This document shows, one piece after another, positions 10,790 to 20,896 of a stretch of DNA of 64,000 bases; position 1 is the stretch's first letter, and every line of letters begins with the position of its first letter. This stretch comes from Deltaproteobacteria bacterium (GTDB lineage: Bacteria > Myxococcota_A > Polyangia > Fen-1088): positions 1 through 64,000 of the forward strand of contig JANRKS010000028.1 in NCBI GenBank assembly GCA_033763315.1. Reading direction: 5' to 3'. A program made the position numbers and the translations under genes. The notes under the pieces are model-generated. The model was given only the letters and a program-made list of their open reading frames with translations, did no database searches and had not been told where the DNA came from.

Positions 10790-11548
10790 TTACATCAGAA
10801 GACCGCCATTGACCCGCAAAACCTGACCCGTGATATAGCTCGCGGCAGGGCTTGCCAAGAACGCCACGGCTTCGGCGATGTCCTCGGGTTTGCCCACGCG
10901 CCCCAGCGGTATTTGCTGCGTCAATTCAGCGCGTTTGGCCTCGGGAAGTTCAGAGGCTGTCATGTCAGTGTCGATCCAGCCAGGCGTCACGGCATTGCAC
11001 GTGATGCCGCGGCTTGCGTACTCGCGCGCCCAGGTCTTCGTTAAGCCGATGAGGCCCGCCTTCGCGGCCACGTAAGGGGCTTGCCCGGCGTTGCCCATCT
11101 CGGCGACCACGGAGCTGATGTTGATGATGCGGCCCGCGTCGCGTGCCTTCATGAGCGGGCGCAAAGCCGCGCGGGTGCAGTTAAACGAGCCCGTGAGGTT
11201 GATCGACAATGAACGTTGCCAGTCCGCATCTTTGGCACCCAAGGTAAGCGCGTTGACAGCCACGCCGGCGTTGTTCACCAAGATGGCCACGCCACCCAAT
11301 TCAGCAACGATGTCTTTGAAAGCGGCGTTGACGCCCTCGGCGTCGGCCACGTCGAAACGCTTTACGAAAGCCTCGCCACCTGCGGCGCGCACGGCGTTGG
11401 CGGCTTCGGCTGCCGCCCCTTCGTTGGCCGTATAGTTCACAACCACTTTGGCACCAAGACCACCCAACGCCACGCAAATCGCGCGCCCAATGCCACGGGA
11501 TCCGCCCGTAACAACAGCAACCTTGCCTTCTAAGCTTCGTGACATCAC
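10790..11548 (-). CDS. fabG: 3-oxoacyl-ACP reductase
   Basis: [22 protein letters not shown] and [12 protein letters not shown] motifs; located in the fab cluster. Confidence 0.95.
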   Translation of the reverse strand: MMSRSLEGKVAVVTGGSRGIGRAICVALGGLGAKVVVNYTANEGAAAEAANAVRAAGGEAFVKRFDVADAEGVNAAFKDIVAELGGVAILVNNAGVAVNALTLGAKDADWQRSLSINLTGSFNCTRAALRPLMKARDAGRIINISSVVAEMGNAGQAPYVAAKAGLIGLTKTWAREYASRGITCNAVTPGWIDTDMTASELPEAKRAELTQQIPLGRVGKPEDIAEAVAFLASPAASYITGQVLRVNGGLLM

Positions 11549-11566
11549 ATGCTCCTTTGGTTTGCG

Positions 11567-12493
11567 TTAGGCGGACAGCGCGGCAAGCGACGAAGGATCG
11601 TTGATGCCCACCACCGGCAGTTCGCCCGCGATGCGCTTTACAAGACCGGCCAACACATTGCCATGGCCAAGTTCATAAGCTTTTGTGACACCCAATGAAA
11701 CCAAGGCCTTTACGGATTCTTCCCAGCGCACTGTGCCGGTGACCTGCCGGGTGAGAAGGTCTGTGACCCGTCCCGCGTCCTGATTGGCAACGGCTTCCAC
11801 GTTCGTCACCACAGGGATCTGCAGGGGCGACACCGTGACTTTGACCAATTCGGCCGCAAGTTTTGTGGCGGCCGGCTCCATGAGGGCGCAATGGAAAGGC
11901 GCGCTGACTTGCAAAGGAATGGCACGTTTGGCGCCGCGGCCTTTGGCCAGTTCGCAGGCGCGATCCACGGCCGCTTTTGTCCCCGCAATCACCACTTGGC
12001 CGCCGCCATTCAGGTTCGCAGGCGAGACCACTTCCCCAAGCTCCCCCACCGCCTCTGCGCATGCTTCGGCGACCGCCTGACCTTCCAGCCCCAAGATCGC
12101 AGCCATCGTGCCGGTGCCAGGGGCCACAGCCTCCTGCATGTAGCGACCACGCAGGTTCACCAAACGAACGGCGTCAGCCAAGGTCAACGCGCCCGCGGCC
12201 ACGAGCGCGGAGTACTCGCCAAGCGAGTGTCCCGCGACAAAATCAGCCTTCAGATCTGTTTTCGCCTGCAGCACCCGCAAGGCCGCGATGCTCGTGGTCA
12301 GGATCGCTGGTTGGGCGTTCGCGGTGAGCGTGAGTTCTGCTTCTGGGCCCTCGAAACACAGCTTCGACAGAGAAAATCCAAGCACGGAATCCGCCTCATC
12401 GAACACCGCCTTCGCCTGCGCAAAGCCATCGTAAAGGGCGCGGCCCATGCCAACTTTTTGCGAGCCTTGACCAGGGAACAAGAACGCGTTCAT
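11567..12493 (-). CDS. fabD: Malonyl CoA-ACP transacylase
   Basis: FLFPGQGSQ, AGHSLGEYSAL and VSAPFHC motifs; start ATG 12493. Confidence 0.96.
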   Translation of the reverse strand: MNAFLFPGQGSQKVGMGRALYDGFAQAKAVFDEADSVLGFSLSKLCFEGPEAELTLTANAQPAILTTSIAALRVLQAKTDLKADFVAGHSLGEYSALVAAGALTLADAVRLVNLRGRYMQEAVAPGTGTMAAILGLEGQAVAEACAEAVGELGEVVSPANLNGGGQVVIAGTKAAVDRACELAKGRGAKRAIPLQVSAPFHCALMEPAATKLAAELVKVTVSPLQIPVVTNVEAVANQDAGRVTDLLTRQVTGTVRWEESVKALVSLGVTKAYELGHGNVLAGLVKRIAGELPVVGINDPSSLAALSA

Positions 12494-12537
12494 TGTTTTT
12501 CTTCGGTGTTTGAGTTTGTTAAATCGTTGATTCGGGC

Positions 12538-13524
12538 TCACCAACGCATAACCGCTGAGCCCCAGGCGAACCCGCCGCCAAACGCGCACATAAGCACGTT
12601 GTCGTTGATCTTGCACTTACCTTGCCGAACGGCTTCGTCCAAGGCGATCGGCACCGACGCCGAGGAAGTATTCCCATACCGAGACAGGTTCAAGAAAAAT
12701 CGTTCCAAAGGCACGCCCACGCGGGCCGCCACACCTTCGACGATGCGCAGGTTGGCTTGGTGGGCAACCACCAGGTTCACGTCGTCCGCGGTCAGGTGGT
12801 TGTGCGCCAGTGCCTGTTCGCAAGCGGCAGAAAGATTCTTCACGGCATAACGAAACACCTCGCGGCCGTTCATCGTCACCTTGTTGCGTTTTTCAGCCAA
12901 TGCTTGCGCTGTGAGCGGCTCCGCAGAACCGCCCGCGGGAATGCACAAGTCTTTGGCAAGCGAACCGTCCGCGTGCAGGTGCGATGACAGCAAACCACGC
13001 TTGCCGTCGGATTCGGCCGTCACCAGCGCTGCGCCGGCGCCATCGCCAAACAGCACGCAGGTGCTGCGGTCACTCCAATCGATGATGCGCGACAAAACTT
13101 CCACGCCCACCACCAAGATATGGCGGTACGAACCGCGCGCGACGAAGGCATCGGCAACGCTGAGACCATAGAGAAACCCGGCGCAAGCGGCAGCGACGTC
13201 GAAAGCGGGTGTCCCGGGCCGGCAGCCAATTTTGTGCGCGACCAGCGCCGCACAAGAAGGCATCGGCATGTCAGCGGTCACGGTCCCCACAATCACGCAA
13301 TCAACGTCGGTGGGCGGAACGTTCGCAGCCTCACAAGCGCGGCGGCAAGCGGTGGCGGCCAAGTCACTGGCGGCTTGCCCTTCCTCCAAAATGCGGCGCT
13401 CATGAATGCCCGTGCGTTCGACGATCCACTCGTCCGAGGTCTGCACCATCTTTTCCAGGTCAGCGTTGGTTAGACGCCGCTCCGGAAGAGCACTGCCGGT
13501 ACCGACCACACGGGCACGGTTCAC
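12538..13524 (-). CDS. fabH: 3-oxoacyl-ACP synthase III
   Basis: WIVERTGI, DVAAACAGF, LFGDGAGA, HQANLRI and YGNTSSAS motifs; GTG start overlaps the plsX stop (GTGA). Confidence 0.96.
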   Translation of the reverse strand: MNRARVVGTGSALPERRLTNADLEKMVQTSDEWIVERTGIHERRILEEGQAASDLAATACRRACEAANVPPTDVDCVIVGTVTADMPMPSCAALVAHKIGCRPGTPAFDVAAACAGFLYGLSVADAFVARGSYRHILVVGVEVLSRIIDWSDRSTCVLFGDGAGAALVTAESDGKRGLLSSHLHADGSLAKDLCIPAGGSAEPLTAQALAEKRNKVTMNGREVFRYAVKNLSAACEQALAHNHLTADDVNLVVAHQANLRIVEGVAARVGVPLERFFLNLSRYGNTSSASVPIALDEAVRQGKCKINDNVLMCAFGGGFAWGSAVMRW

Positions 13525-14600
13525 GACACGATGCCTCCAGCAGGGGCCGATGGCTTCGGCTCCCAAATGTAAGATGACGTCTCGATGTCGGTGGCGAGCG
13601 CGGCGCTTAAGCCCGAGCGCGCGAAACTTTCAGCCTGCAGGATGGCGTTCTTGATCGCCTTGGGCCCTGAACCGCCGTGGCAGATCATGGCCACGCCGTT
13701 GACGCCTAAAAGTGGTGCGCCGCCGGTTTCAGCGTAGTCGGTTTTGCGCTTTAGCTTGCGCAACGCCGGTCGCATCATCATCGCGCCTAGTTTGACCAAA
13801 GGTCCGCCCCCTAGCACTTCCGCCTTAACCATTTTGAACACGGCATCCACCACGCCTTCACAGCCCTTCAACAGCACGTTGCCGGTAAAGCCGTCTGTCA
13901 CCACCACATCAACGTCGCCGCGAAACACATCGCGCCCCTCAACATAACCCACATAATCGAAGCCGGGGACGCCTTCGTGCTTGGCCTTGGCCAGCAGTGC
14001 GTGCGTTTCACGCGTCAGCGCCGTGCCCTTGTGTTCTTCAGAGCCGTTCGACAGCAACCCCACGCGCGGATGCGGCTTGCCGTGTTGCAAGCGCGCGTAA
14101 ACGGCGCCCATCACCGCGAACTGCGCCAACACCTGCGGCTTGGGATCCACGTTGGCACCCATGTCCAGGATCGCGCATTCGCCCTTGATCGTGGGGAACG
14201 TTGTGATGATGGCCGGCCGGTCAACGCCGGGCAGGCGGCCCAAAACAAATAACCCGCACGCCATCATCGCGCCCGAGTTGCCTGCTGAAATCACAGCGTC
14301 CGCTTCGCCGGCCTTGACCATGTCGAAGCACAAACGCATCGAGGACTGCTTTTTACCTTTCACCGCCATCGACGGTGCGTCGTGCATGGTGATGGCTTCG
14401 GTGGTGTGCCGAATGCTTAGGCTTTCGGATACACCTTTCCCCTTCGCACGTAAGTGCGGCTCAATCTTGCTTTCATCGCCGACGAGCACGACATCGAGCC
14501 CCGACGCCGCAATGGCCTCCACCGCACCCGCCACCTCCACCCACGGCCCTTGGTCAGAGCCCATCGCATCGACGGCGATGCGAAAACGGGGGGTGGTTAT
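13521..14600 (-). CDS. plsX: Phosphate acyltransferase PlsX (probable non-canonical ATA start)
   Basis: RIAVDAMGSD, SAGNSGA, DRPA, DMGANVD, DGFTGNV, GAPLLG and HGGS motifs. The conserved RIAVDA lies upstream of the ORF-track ATG (14564). Confidence 0.93.
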   Translation of the reverse strand: MTTPRFRIAVDAMGSDQGPWVEVAGAVEAIAASGLDVVLVGDESKIEPHLRAKGKGVSESLSIRHTTEAITMHDAPSMAVKGKKQSSMRLCFDMVKAGEADAVISAGNSGAMMACGLFVLGRLPGVDRPAIITTFPTIKGECAILDMGANVDPKPQVLAQFAVMGAVYARLQHGKPHPRVGLLSNGSEEHKGTALTRETHALLAKAKHEGVPGFDYVGYVEGRDVFRGDVDVVVTDGFTGNVLLKGCEGVVDAVFKMVKAEVLGGGPLVKLGAMMMRPALRKLKRKTDYAETGGAPLLGVNGVAMICHGGSGPKAIKNAILQAESFARSGLSAALATDIETSSYIWEPKPSAPAGGIVS

Positions 14601-14785
14601 GCTTCTTCCTCGATCTTAAGGACCTGGCGGCCCTTGTAGTAGCCACAGGCTTTGCAAACGATGTGCGGGAGTTTCATCTCGCCACACTGCGCGCAGGGGA
14701 TGCCCACGGGCGCTGTGCGCTTCATGACCTGCGCACGACGGATGCGCGAACGGGACTTCGACTGACGCTGTTGTGGGACTGCCAT
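14597..14785 (-). CDS. rpmF: 50S ribosomal protein L32 (Zn-binding CxxC form)
   Basis: MAVPQQRQSKSR...CAQC...PHIVCKACGYYKGRQV. Confidence 0.96.
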   Translation of the reverse strand: MAVPQQRQSKSRSRIRRAQVMKRTAPVGIPCAQCGEMKLPHIVCKACGYYKGRQVLKIEEEA

Positions 14786-14847
14786 TGTTCGTTCCTTGTA
14801 TCTGACCTAGCTAATTTGGAAACTGTTTTCGCGGCTTTTTTGCGGCG

Positions 14848-15411
14848 TTACGACGATTTCAGCTTCGCGAGTTCGGCGAAGGGCAACCGTTTGAGGTTTT
14901 CGCGCTCTTCGCAATCGCACGGCGTTTTGTCGCGGTTCACGCCGCAAGTGAGGCAAATGCCTAAGCATTCCGGTTCGCAGCGGGGGCTAAACGGCACCGC
15001 CAAGAACAGCTCCTCGCGAATTTCGGGGCCAATGTCGATGATGCCGTTTTGGAATACGGCGATGTCGCCATCGTCGCCTTCGGCCAGGTTAACGACGTCC
15101 TTGTCTTTGTCTTTCGCCTTGGCCGCCGGCGCGTCGCCTTCGGGCCCTTCAACAAAGATCACCGCCACGTCCACATCAATAGGGAGCGTGGTGGGCTCAA
15201 GACAACGCACGCAGGTCAGCTGCAGGGAGCCCGAGAGCTTTCCGCGTAGCAGGAAATCTTCGCCGTTGGCATCGATATGGCCCACAAAACGCAACCCCGC
15301 CGGCCCCACTTCGCCACCCAGCTCTGCACATTCTTGTGCCAGCCAGGCCGGGGTCACCGGCACGTCAATCGCGAGCCCAGCCTCGCCGATGTCGTTGGTT
15401 TTGTAGCGCAT
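14848..15411 (-). CDS. yceD: YceD/DUF177 family protein
   Basis: CVRCL and P...C...CLGICLTCGVN....CDC motifs; canonical position upstream of rpmF. Confidence 0.9.
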   Translation of the reverse strand: MRYKTNDIGEAGLAIDVPVTPAWLAQECAELGGEVGPAGLRFVGHIDANGEDFLLRGKLSGSLQLTCVRCLEPTTLPIDVDVAVIFVEGPEGDAPAAKAKDKDKDVVNLAEGDDGDIAVFQNGIIDIGPEIREELFLAVPFSPRCEPECLGICLTCGVNRDKTPCDCEERENLKRLPFAELAKLKSS

Positions 15412-15497
15412 GAAAGTCACGTTCCTTGGGCTTTGGTGCCCAGGGAGGTCGTAACTATAAGGGTCGTCGGCCTTCCGTCAAGGAAAGGCGACATGCG

Positions 15498-17012
15498 TCA
15501 TTTACTCGACCCGGACGCGGATCCAACCGCGCTGCCGCCAAACAGCAGCAAAGACTTGAGGTCTTGGTCGTTGAAGATCAGTTGCAGCCCCAAGAAGCCG
15601 TCGATAAAAGCACCGCCACCGCCGGGCGCACGCTGGTGGTTGAGCACGTCATCCGCACCGGCGATGAGGTAAAGCGAACGACCGTAAAGGGCGAGAGCGG
15701 CACGTGCCTGAACGCGGGGGTAGACGTTGGATCGCGTGTCGAACGCGTCGAAGGATAGGTTGAGGCGATCGCGAAGGAAGTGCAGATCGACACCGAAGCC
15801 ACCGGTAGACTCCTTGATGCCAAAGCGTCCCGTTACATTGCCCCAGCGTTTGCCGAACATAAAGCTGAAGCGCAATGCTTCGGAGATCGTTATCGTGCGC
15901 TCCGATATGACGCCGTCCTTACTGGAGTCGATCGTTTTGGTCTGAGTGCTCTTGAAACCACGCGGATCATCGACCAGCTCGATCAGATAGAACTTGTCGG
16001 GACGCGGGGCCAACTGGATCGAAAGGTAGGTCTTGAAAGAGTTGGCCAGGTAATTGTATTCGGTGCGCAGGCCCACGATCGTCTGCAGGTTCGTGATGCC
16101 CTTGACGAACGTGCTGGCGTCTTCGGTGAAGCTCTCGATGTTGTTGGCAATCTCATCGTCGGTGACCAGCCGCCCCACGGTGCCCTTGCCCTCGGCGACC
16201 GAGCCCGTGATTTTCTCAACGTTGGTTAAGGAGCTTTCAAGCTTGTCCACGCTAGCTTGAATGCGATCCAAGGACGTGCGTAGCTTCTCGCCCGTTTGTG
16301 AAACGGTGCCTTCACTCGTGCCCACCAAAGACTTTATGCCTTCGGTGATTTCGCGAACGTTGTTGATGGCGACAGCGATGTCATCCGATTGTTCGTTCGT
16401 CAGCTTCTGTATGTGGGCCGCGATGTCGTCCACGCGCAACATCAAGCGCTCGATCACCACCGAGTTGGTCTTGATGGTTTGGTTCAGCCCGTCCGCGATT
16501 TCGGCGATGCTTCCGGACGTCATGCCACGCACGTCTTTCAAAATGTCACGCAGGATCGGAATCGTGTCCTGCACAGATTCCGTCACGTCCGCGATGCTTG
16601 CGGGCTCGGTGACAAACTTTATCTCTTCGCCCTCTTTAAGGACCGGCACGGCTTCACCCGTGCGCGGATCCGTGGGGGTGCCAGGATCAACTTCTAGGTA
16701 GAACTCACCCAGCAACGAAGCAGATTTTTTGGCCACCAAGGCGTTGCGGTAAAGTGTGATCTTGCGGTCGATGCGAATATCGACGCGCGCTTTGCGGCCA
16801 TCGAGCCGCTTCGAGATGATGTTGCCGATCGGAATGCCCGCCGTTTGCACGCGCGATTTCTCGAACAGCCCCAAGGCGTCGTTGAACTTGGCGTAAAGCG
16901 TATAACCTTCGTCGCTTTGGTGCTCCTGCACGTACTTGAACAGCGCGAAGCTCAGCACCGACGCCACCAGCACCATCAGGCCCACCGTCAGGGGCGCAAA
17001 ACTGCGTCTCAC
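15498..17012 (-). CDS. mlaD: MlaD/MCE family protein, long form (TM + MCE + helical region + beta-rich C-terminus)
   Basis: N-terminal TM helix; FNDALGL..KSRVQTAGIPIG and SLLGEFYLEVDPG MCE motifs; follows mlaEF. Confidence 0.88.
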   Translation of the reverse strand: MRRSFAPLTVGLMVLVASVLSFALFKYVQEHQSDEGYTLYAKFNDALGLFEKSRVQTAGIPIGNIISKRLDGRKARVDIRIDRKITLYRNALVAKKSASLLGEFYLEVDPGTPTDPRTGEAVPVLKEGEEIKFVTEPASIADVTESVQDTIPILRDILKDVRGMTSGSIAEIADGLNQTIKTNSVVIERLMLRVDDIAAHIQKLTNEQSDDIAVAINNVREITEGIKSLVGTSEGTVSQTGEKLRTSLDRIQASVDKLESSLTNVEKITGSVAEGKGTVGRLVTDDEIANNIESFTEDASTFVKGITNLQTIVGLRTEYNYLANSFKTYLSIQLAPRPDKFYLIELVDDPRGFKSTQTKTIDSSKDGVISERTITISEALRFSFMFGKRWGNVTGRFGIKESTGGFGVDLHFLRDRLNLSFDAFDTRSNVYPRVQARAALALYGRSLYLIAGADDVLNHQRAPGGGGAFIDGFLGLQLIFNDQDLKSLLLFGGSAVGSASGSSK

Positions 17013-17842
17013 TTGCCGCCTCCCACAGGGGCGGCCAAGAGCGGCTTTTCACCCATGCCTGACATCTCCAGGAACTCACGCAGCACCGGATGATCGGATT
17101 GCCGAACCTCCGCGGGTGTTCCCGAAACAGCCATTACCCCTTCGTATAGCATCGAGACGCGGTCGCCGATGCGAAACGTGGACGCCATATCGTGCGAGAT
17201 CACCACCGACGTCACGGCAAATTCATCGGCGGTTCGGCGAATCATATCGTCCACATTCTTCGTTGCGATGGGATCAAGGCCCGTGGTGGGCTCATCGTAA
17301 AGCAAAATCTCGGGCCGATCGATGAGCGCGCGCGCCAGGCCCACCCTTTTTCGCTGGCCGCCCGACAATTGGGAAGGAAATTTCATGTCGACGCCAGGCA
17401 CTTCTGCCAAGGCCAGGCGCTTGAGCAGATCCCACACGCGCCCCTCCACCTCTTTGACGGGCAGGTGGTAACGCTCAAGCAACGGAAACGCGATGTTCTC
17501 CATGACGGTCATGGAATCGAACAAAGCGGCATACTGAAACACCATGCCGAACTTGCGCCGCAGCTTGCCGAGGTCCACCTCGCCAAGGCCCACAATGTCC
17601 TGCCCATCCACATAGATGTGACCGGAATCAGGTTGCAGCAAACCCATCAGGTGCTTCATGAACACGGACTTGCCCTGGCCCGAGCCGCCGATGATGATGT
17701 TCGTTTTGCCGCGCTCGATGTCGAGATCGATGCCACGTAACACGTGCTGCGGACCGAACGTTTTGTGGAGGCCTCGAATGCGGATCTGCCAACGTTCATC
17801 ACGCTTGTCGGGCGGTGTGGAATCGGCAATCCCGGGCGACAA
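17009..17842 (-). CDS. mlaF: MlaF-like ABC transporter ATP-binding protein
   Basis: GGSGQGKS, FQYAALFDS, LSGGQRKRVGLARA and YDEPTTGLDP motifs; likely TTG start at 17842 after GGAG. Confidence 0.92.
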   Translation of the reverse strand: MSPGIADSTPPDKRDERWQIRIRGLHKTFGPQHVLRGIDLDIERGKTNIIIGGSGQGKSVFMKHLMGLLQPDSGHIYVDGQDIVGLGEVDLGKLRRKFGMVFQYAALFDSMTVMENIAFPLLERYHLPVKEVEGRVWDLLKRLALAEVPGVDMKFPSQLSGGQRKRVGLARALIDRPEILLYDEPTTGLDPIATKNVDDMIRRTADEFAVTSVVISHDMASTFRIGDRVSMLYEGVMAVSGTPAEVRQSDHPVLREFLEMSGMGEKPLLAAPVGGGK

Positions 17843-17844
17843 GG

Positions 17845-18675
17845 TTATTCTCCGGAAATCGGCCAAAAAGCGTTGAGCACTTCGATCAAGAAGTAATCCA
17901 ACACGAGAATGCACACGGAGCCCGTGACCACCGAGCGCGTGGTGGCCAAGCCCACTTCCTTGGCGCCGCCACGAACGTTGAAGCCCTGGTAACAAGCGGC
18001 CAAGGTGAGTGCGAGGCCAAACACAAACGCTTTGCACAAGCCCTTGATGTAGTTACGCGGATCCACCCAATAGGTGAAAAGCCCCGTCACCTGGCCCACG
18101 TCAAGGTTGTGGACGGTAATGGAAACCAGGTAAGCCCCGACCAAACCGATGATGTTGAAGGCCATGGTCAAGACCGGCACCATCAGCGCCCCGGCGACCA
18201 CGCGCGGTGTGATGAGGTATTGCGTGGGGTTGACGGCGAAGGTGGTTAAAGCGTCGATTTGTTCGGTGATGCGCATCGACCCCAGTTCAGTGGCGATGCC
18301 TGACCCCGCGCGCGCGGTGATCATTAATCCTGCGAACACGGGCGCCAACTCTTCGGCCAAGGAAACACCCACCGTGACGCCCACCCAGCGCTCTTGATCG
18401 AAAATCGATAGCGCGTTAATCGCTTGCAAGGCGGAAACCGCGCCCGAGAAGAATCCAACCAACATGACAATGGGCAACGAGCCCACGCCGATGAACTCCA
18501 TTTGTTCCCAAAACAAACGCAGCCGAAAGGGGCGCCGAAACAGCCACACGAAGGCTGAAAACAGCATGATCATGTGCGCGCCGAACGCGCTGATGAAGTC
18601 TGCAAACGGCTTCAAAATGCGGCCAAAGACACCAAGGCCCGCCGTGGGTTTGCTATCGGATACAGCGTTAGCCAA
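17845..18675 (-). CDS. mlaE: MlaE-like ABC transporter permease
   Basis: IGVGSLP, ELAPV, ELGSMRITEQIDAL, PRV and GAKEVGLATT motifs; TTG start at 18675 is inferred. Confidence 0.92.
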   Translation of the reverse strand: MANAVSDSKPTAGLGVFGRILKPFADFISAFGAHMIMLFSAFVWLFRRPFRLRLFWEQMEFIGVGSLPIVMLVGFFSGAVSALQAINALSIFDQERWVGVTVGVSLAEELAPVFAGLMITARAGSGIATELGSMRITEQIDALTTFAVNPTQYLITPRVVAGALMVPVLTMAFNIIGLVGAYLVSITVHNLDVGQVTGLFTYWVDPRNYIKGLCKAFVFGLALTLAACYQGFNVRGGAKEVGLATTRSVVTGSVCILVLDYFLIEVLNAFWPISGE

Positions 18676-19933
18676 GCGGGCTCTCCGCGGGCACGGGTGA
18701 GCTTGCATCGGACTCGGAGCTGACGGTGTCGCCATCGCGGTAAAGCCGCGGCACGCGCTTGGATAAGCCGCAGGTGATCTCGTAATTGAGGGTTCCGGCC
18801 CAGGCGGCCACGTCATCCACCGTGATCGCTTGTTCACCATCACGGCCAATCAAGATCACCGGATCACCAACACTGACGCCCACGACGTCGGTCACATCCA
18901 CCATCATCATGTCCATACATACAACGCCGGCCACGGGCACGCGCTGGCCACGCACAAGAACTTGCGCCCCTGACACGTGGCGAGGGTAACCATCCGCGTA
19001 CCCAATGGGCAAAACGGCGATCCGACTGGGCCGTTGGGCCACAAAGCGGTGGCCATAGCTGACGCCCGCCCCCACGGCAACATCGTGCAACGTCATCACG
19101 CGCGTGCGTAAGCTCAAAACACTGGTCAGGCCTGCGCTCGACACAGCCGCACTCGGGACGGCGCCGTAAAGCGCCAACCCCGGGCGCACCGCTTGATACC
19201 GCGCGTTCGGAAAGCGCAGTGCCGCGGCCGTGTTTGCCGCGTGAGTGACCTCGGGAATCAGCCCGGCCTGTGCGACGTGCGCGCGCACTTGCTCAAACCG
19301 ATCCAGTTGTAGAAGCGTCGTGCTTTCATCCTCCCCGTCGGCACAAGCGAAGTGGGTGCATAAGCCTTGCAGCCTCAGACGCGGGCGATTGGCCAGAATG
19401 CGCAGGGCGTCCGACAACGCGGGCCCCACCACACCCAAGCGGTTCATGCCCGTGTCGGCTTTGAGGTGCACGTCGATGGGCCCCAGATCGTTGCGCCCCG
19501 ACGAACGCCGACGTGACGGGGCCGCGGCGAATTTCTCGAGGTCCGACGGGTCGTAGACAACAGGGGTCAGCCCCGCCTCGATGATGTCCGAATGCTCGTT
19601 GCCGTAATAGGCGCCGAGCACAAGGACGGGGGCGGTGATCCCCGCTCGCCGCAACTCAAGGCCTTCTTCGGCCAGCGAAACCGCGAGCACGTCACAAAGC
19701 GGAGCCAGGGCGCGGGCCACCACGACGGCGCCATGGCCGTAAGCATCCGCTTTGACCACGCCGAACAGCTTCACTTGCGGCCCCACCACTTGGCGCAAGT
19801 GCCGGGCGTTCGCGCGTAAGGCCGCCAGGTCGACCTCGGCCACGGTGGGCCTGATCGACGTGCGCAGGTCCGCTTGACGAACCCAACCGGGTGACGCCGG
19901 TGATTCCGGAGGGTTGTCGTTATGCGAAGGCAT
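18668..19933 (-). CDS. alr: Alanine racemase
   Basis: VVKADAYGHG (PLP lysine), DTGMNRLG, THFACAD, VRPGLALYG, GYADG and VCMDM motifs. Confidence 0.96.
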   Translation of the reverse strand: MPSHNDNPPESPASPGWVRQADLRTSIRPTVAEVDLAALRANARHLRQVVGPQVKLFGVVKADAYGHGAVVVARALAPLCDVLAVSLAEEGLELRRAGITAPVLVLGAYYGNEHSDIIEAGLTPVVYDPSDLEKFAAAPSRRRSSGRNDLGPIDVHLKADTGMNRLGVVGPALSDALRILANRPRLRLQGLCTHFACADGEDESTTLLQLDRFEQVRAHVAQAGLIPEVTHAANTAAALRFPNARYQAVRPGLALYGAVPSAAVSSAGLTSVLSLRTRVMTLHDVAVGAGVSYGHRFVAQRPSRIAVLPIGYADGYPRHVSGAQVLVRGQRVPVAGVVCMDMMMVDVTDVVGVSVGDPVILIGRDGEQAITVDDVAAWAGTLNYEITCGLSKRVPRLYRDGDTVSSESDASSPVPAESPLG

Positions 19934-20083
19934 ACGACTTTGCGGGGCAGCCCCAAGCGATTGGGTCAAAGTGGGCGGATTCTTCCACCCGCCAACCTTA
20001 GCGTCAATTGGCGCAACAGTAACGAAAACAGCTGGCCTTGGTGCGCGGGTGCACGTTTGGTCGACGTGCACCGCACAGGCCTG

Positions 20084-20848
20084 TTAGCTCACGGCGAGGG
20101 CTGGCTCTTGCGTCATTTCCACGCCCAAAAACTCGGGCGCGAGCGTGAGTTTTCGGCCCGCCAGGCGAACCAAACCCTTGCGTGCGAAGTCGGCCACGAT
20201 GCGGGACACCGTTTCACGACAGGCGCCAATCATCGTGCCCAGCTCTTGTTGCGTTGGGCTCTTGCGAATGAGCGTGCCTCCGGGCACAAGCTCGCCTTCT
20301 TCTTGCGCCAAGCGCACAAGCACGTCTTTGAGGCGTGTTTCCACATCGGCCAAGGCCAAGCCCGCGGCCATCGAGCGCGCGCCTGAAAGACGACGTTCGA
20401 AATCCTTCGCCAGTGACAACGCGGCTTCGGGGTTGCTGCGTACCTGCGACAACAGGGACTCCCGCGGCAGGAACAACAAAAGGCTGGTTTCGGAAGCCAT
20501 CAAGTCGTGCGAAAGGCGGCCGCTGGCGAACAAGGTGTCGATGCACACCGTGCCCTCGCGGAAGATCTCCAACGTGACCTCGCGGCCCTTGTCAGCGCGG
20601 CGAACGGCGCGCAGGCGGCCGCGCACCACCACAATGACTTCGTCGGTGCTGGACCCTTCGGCCAACACGACCTGACTCGAACCAAACGACCGCAACGATC
20701 CAACGAGCGACAAAGCGGCCAGTTGCGTTTGCGACCACCCATTGAAGAACGGGCAGCAGCGCAAAGCCGCGAGAACGGGCTGTACGGCGGTGGGGCGGCT
20801 GGTGTTGGCTGGGTACGACACGCGAAGCGGGGTAGTGGACAAAGACAT
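20084..20848 (-). CDS. Crp/Fnr family transcriptional regulator
   Basis: cNMP-like beta domain plus HTH TQQELGTMIGACRETVSR; SD AAGGAG before ATG 20848. Confidence 0.9.
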   Translation of the reverse strand: MSLSTTPLRVSYPANTSRPTAVQPVLAALRCCPFFNGWSQTQLAALSLVGSLRSFGSSQVVLAEGSSTDEVIVVVRGRLRAVRRADKGREVTLEIFREGTVCIDTLFASGRLSHDLMASETSLLLFLPRESLLSQVRSNPEAALSLAKDFERRLSGARSMAAGLALADVETRLKDVLVRLAQEEGELVPGGTLIRKSPTQQELGTMIGACRETVSRIVADFARKGLVRLAGRKLTLAPEFLGVEMTQEPALAVS

Positions 20849-20879
20849 GGGACTCCTTTGGTACGGCGGACATAGCCTC

Positions 20880-20896
20880 AGCAACAGCGATGCCAA
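20880..20896 (-). promoter_or_regulatory. Sigma54 (-24/-12) promoter of the Crp/Fnr gene
   Basis: Minus strand TTGGCAT-CGCTG-TTGCT with exact GG-N10-GC spacing, about 30 bp upstream of the start codon. Confidence 0.72.
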
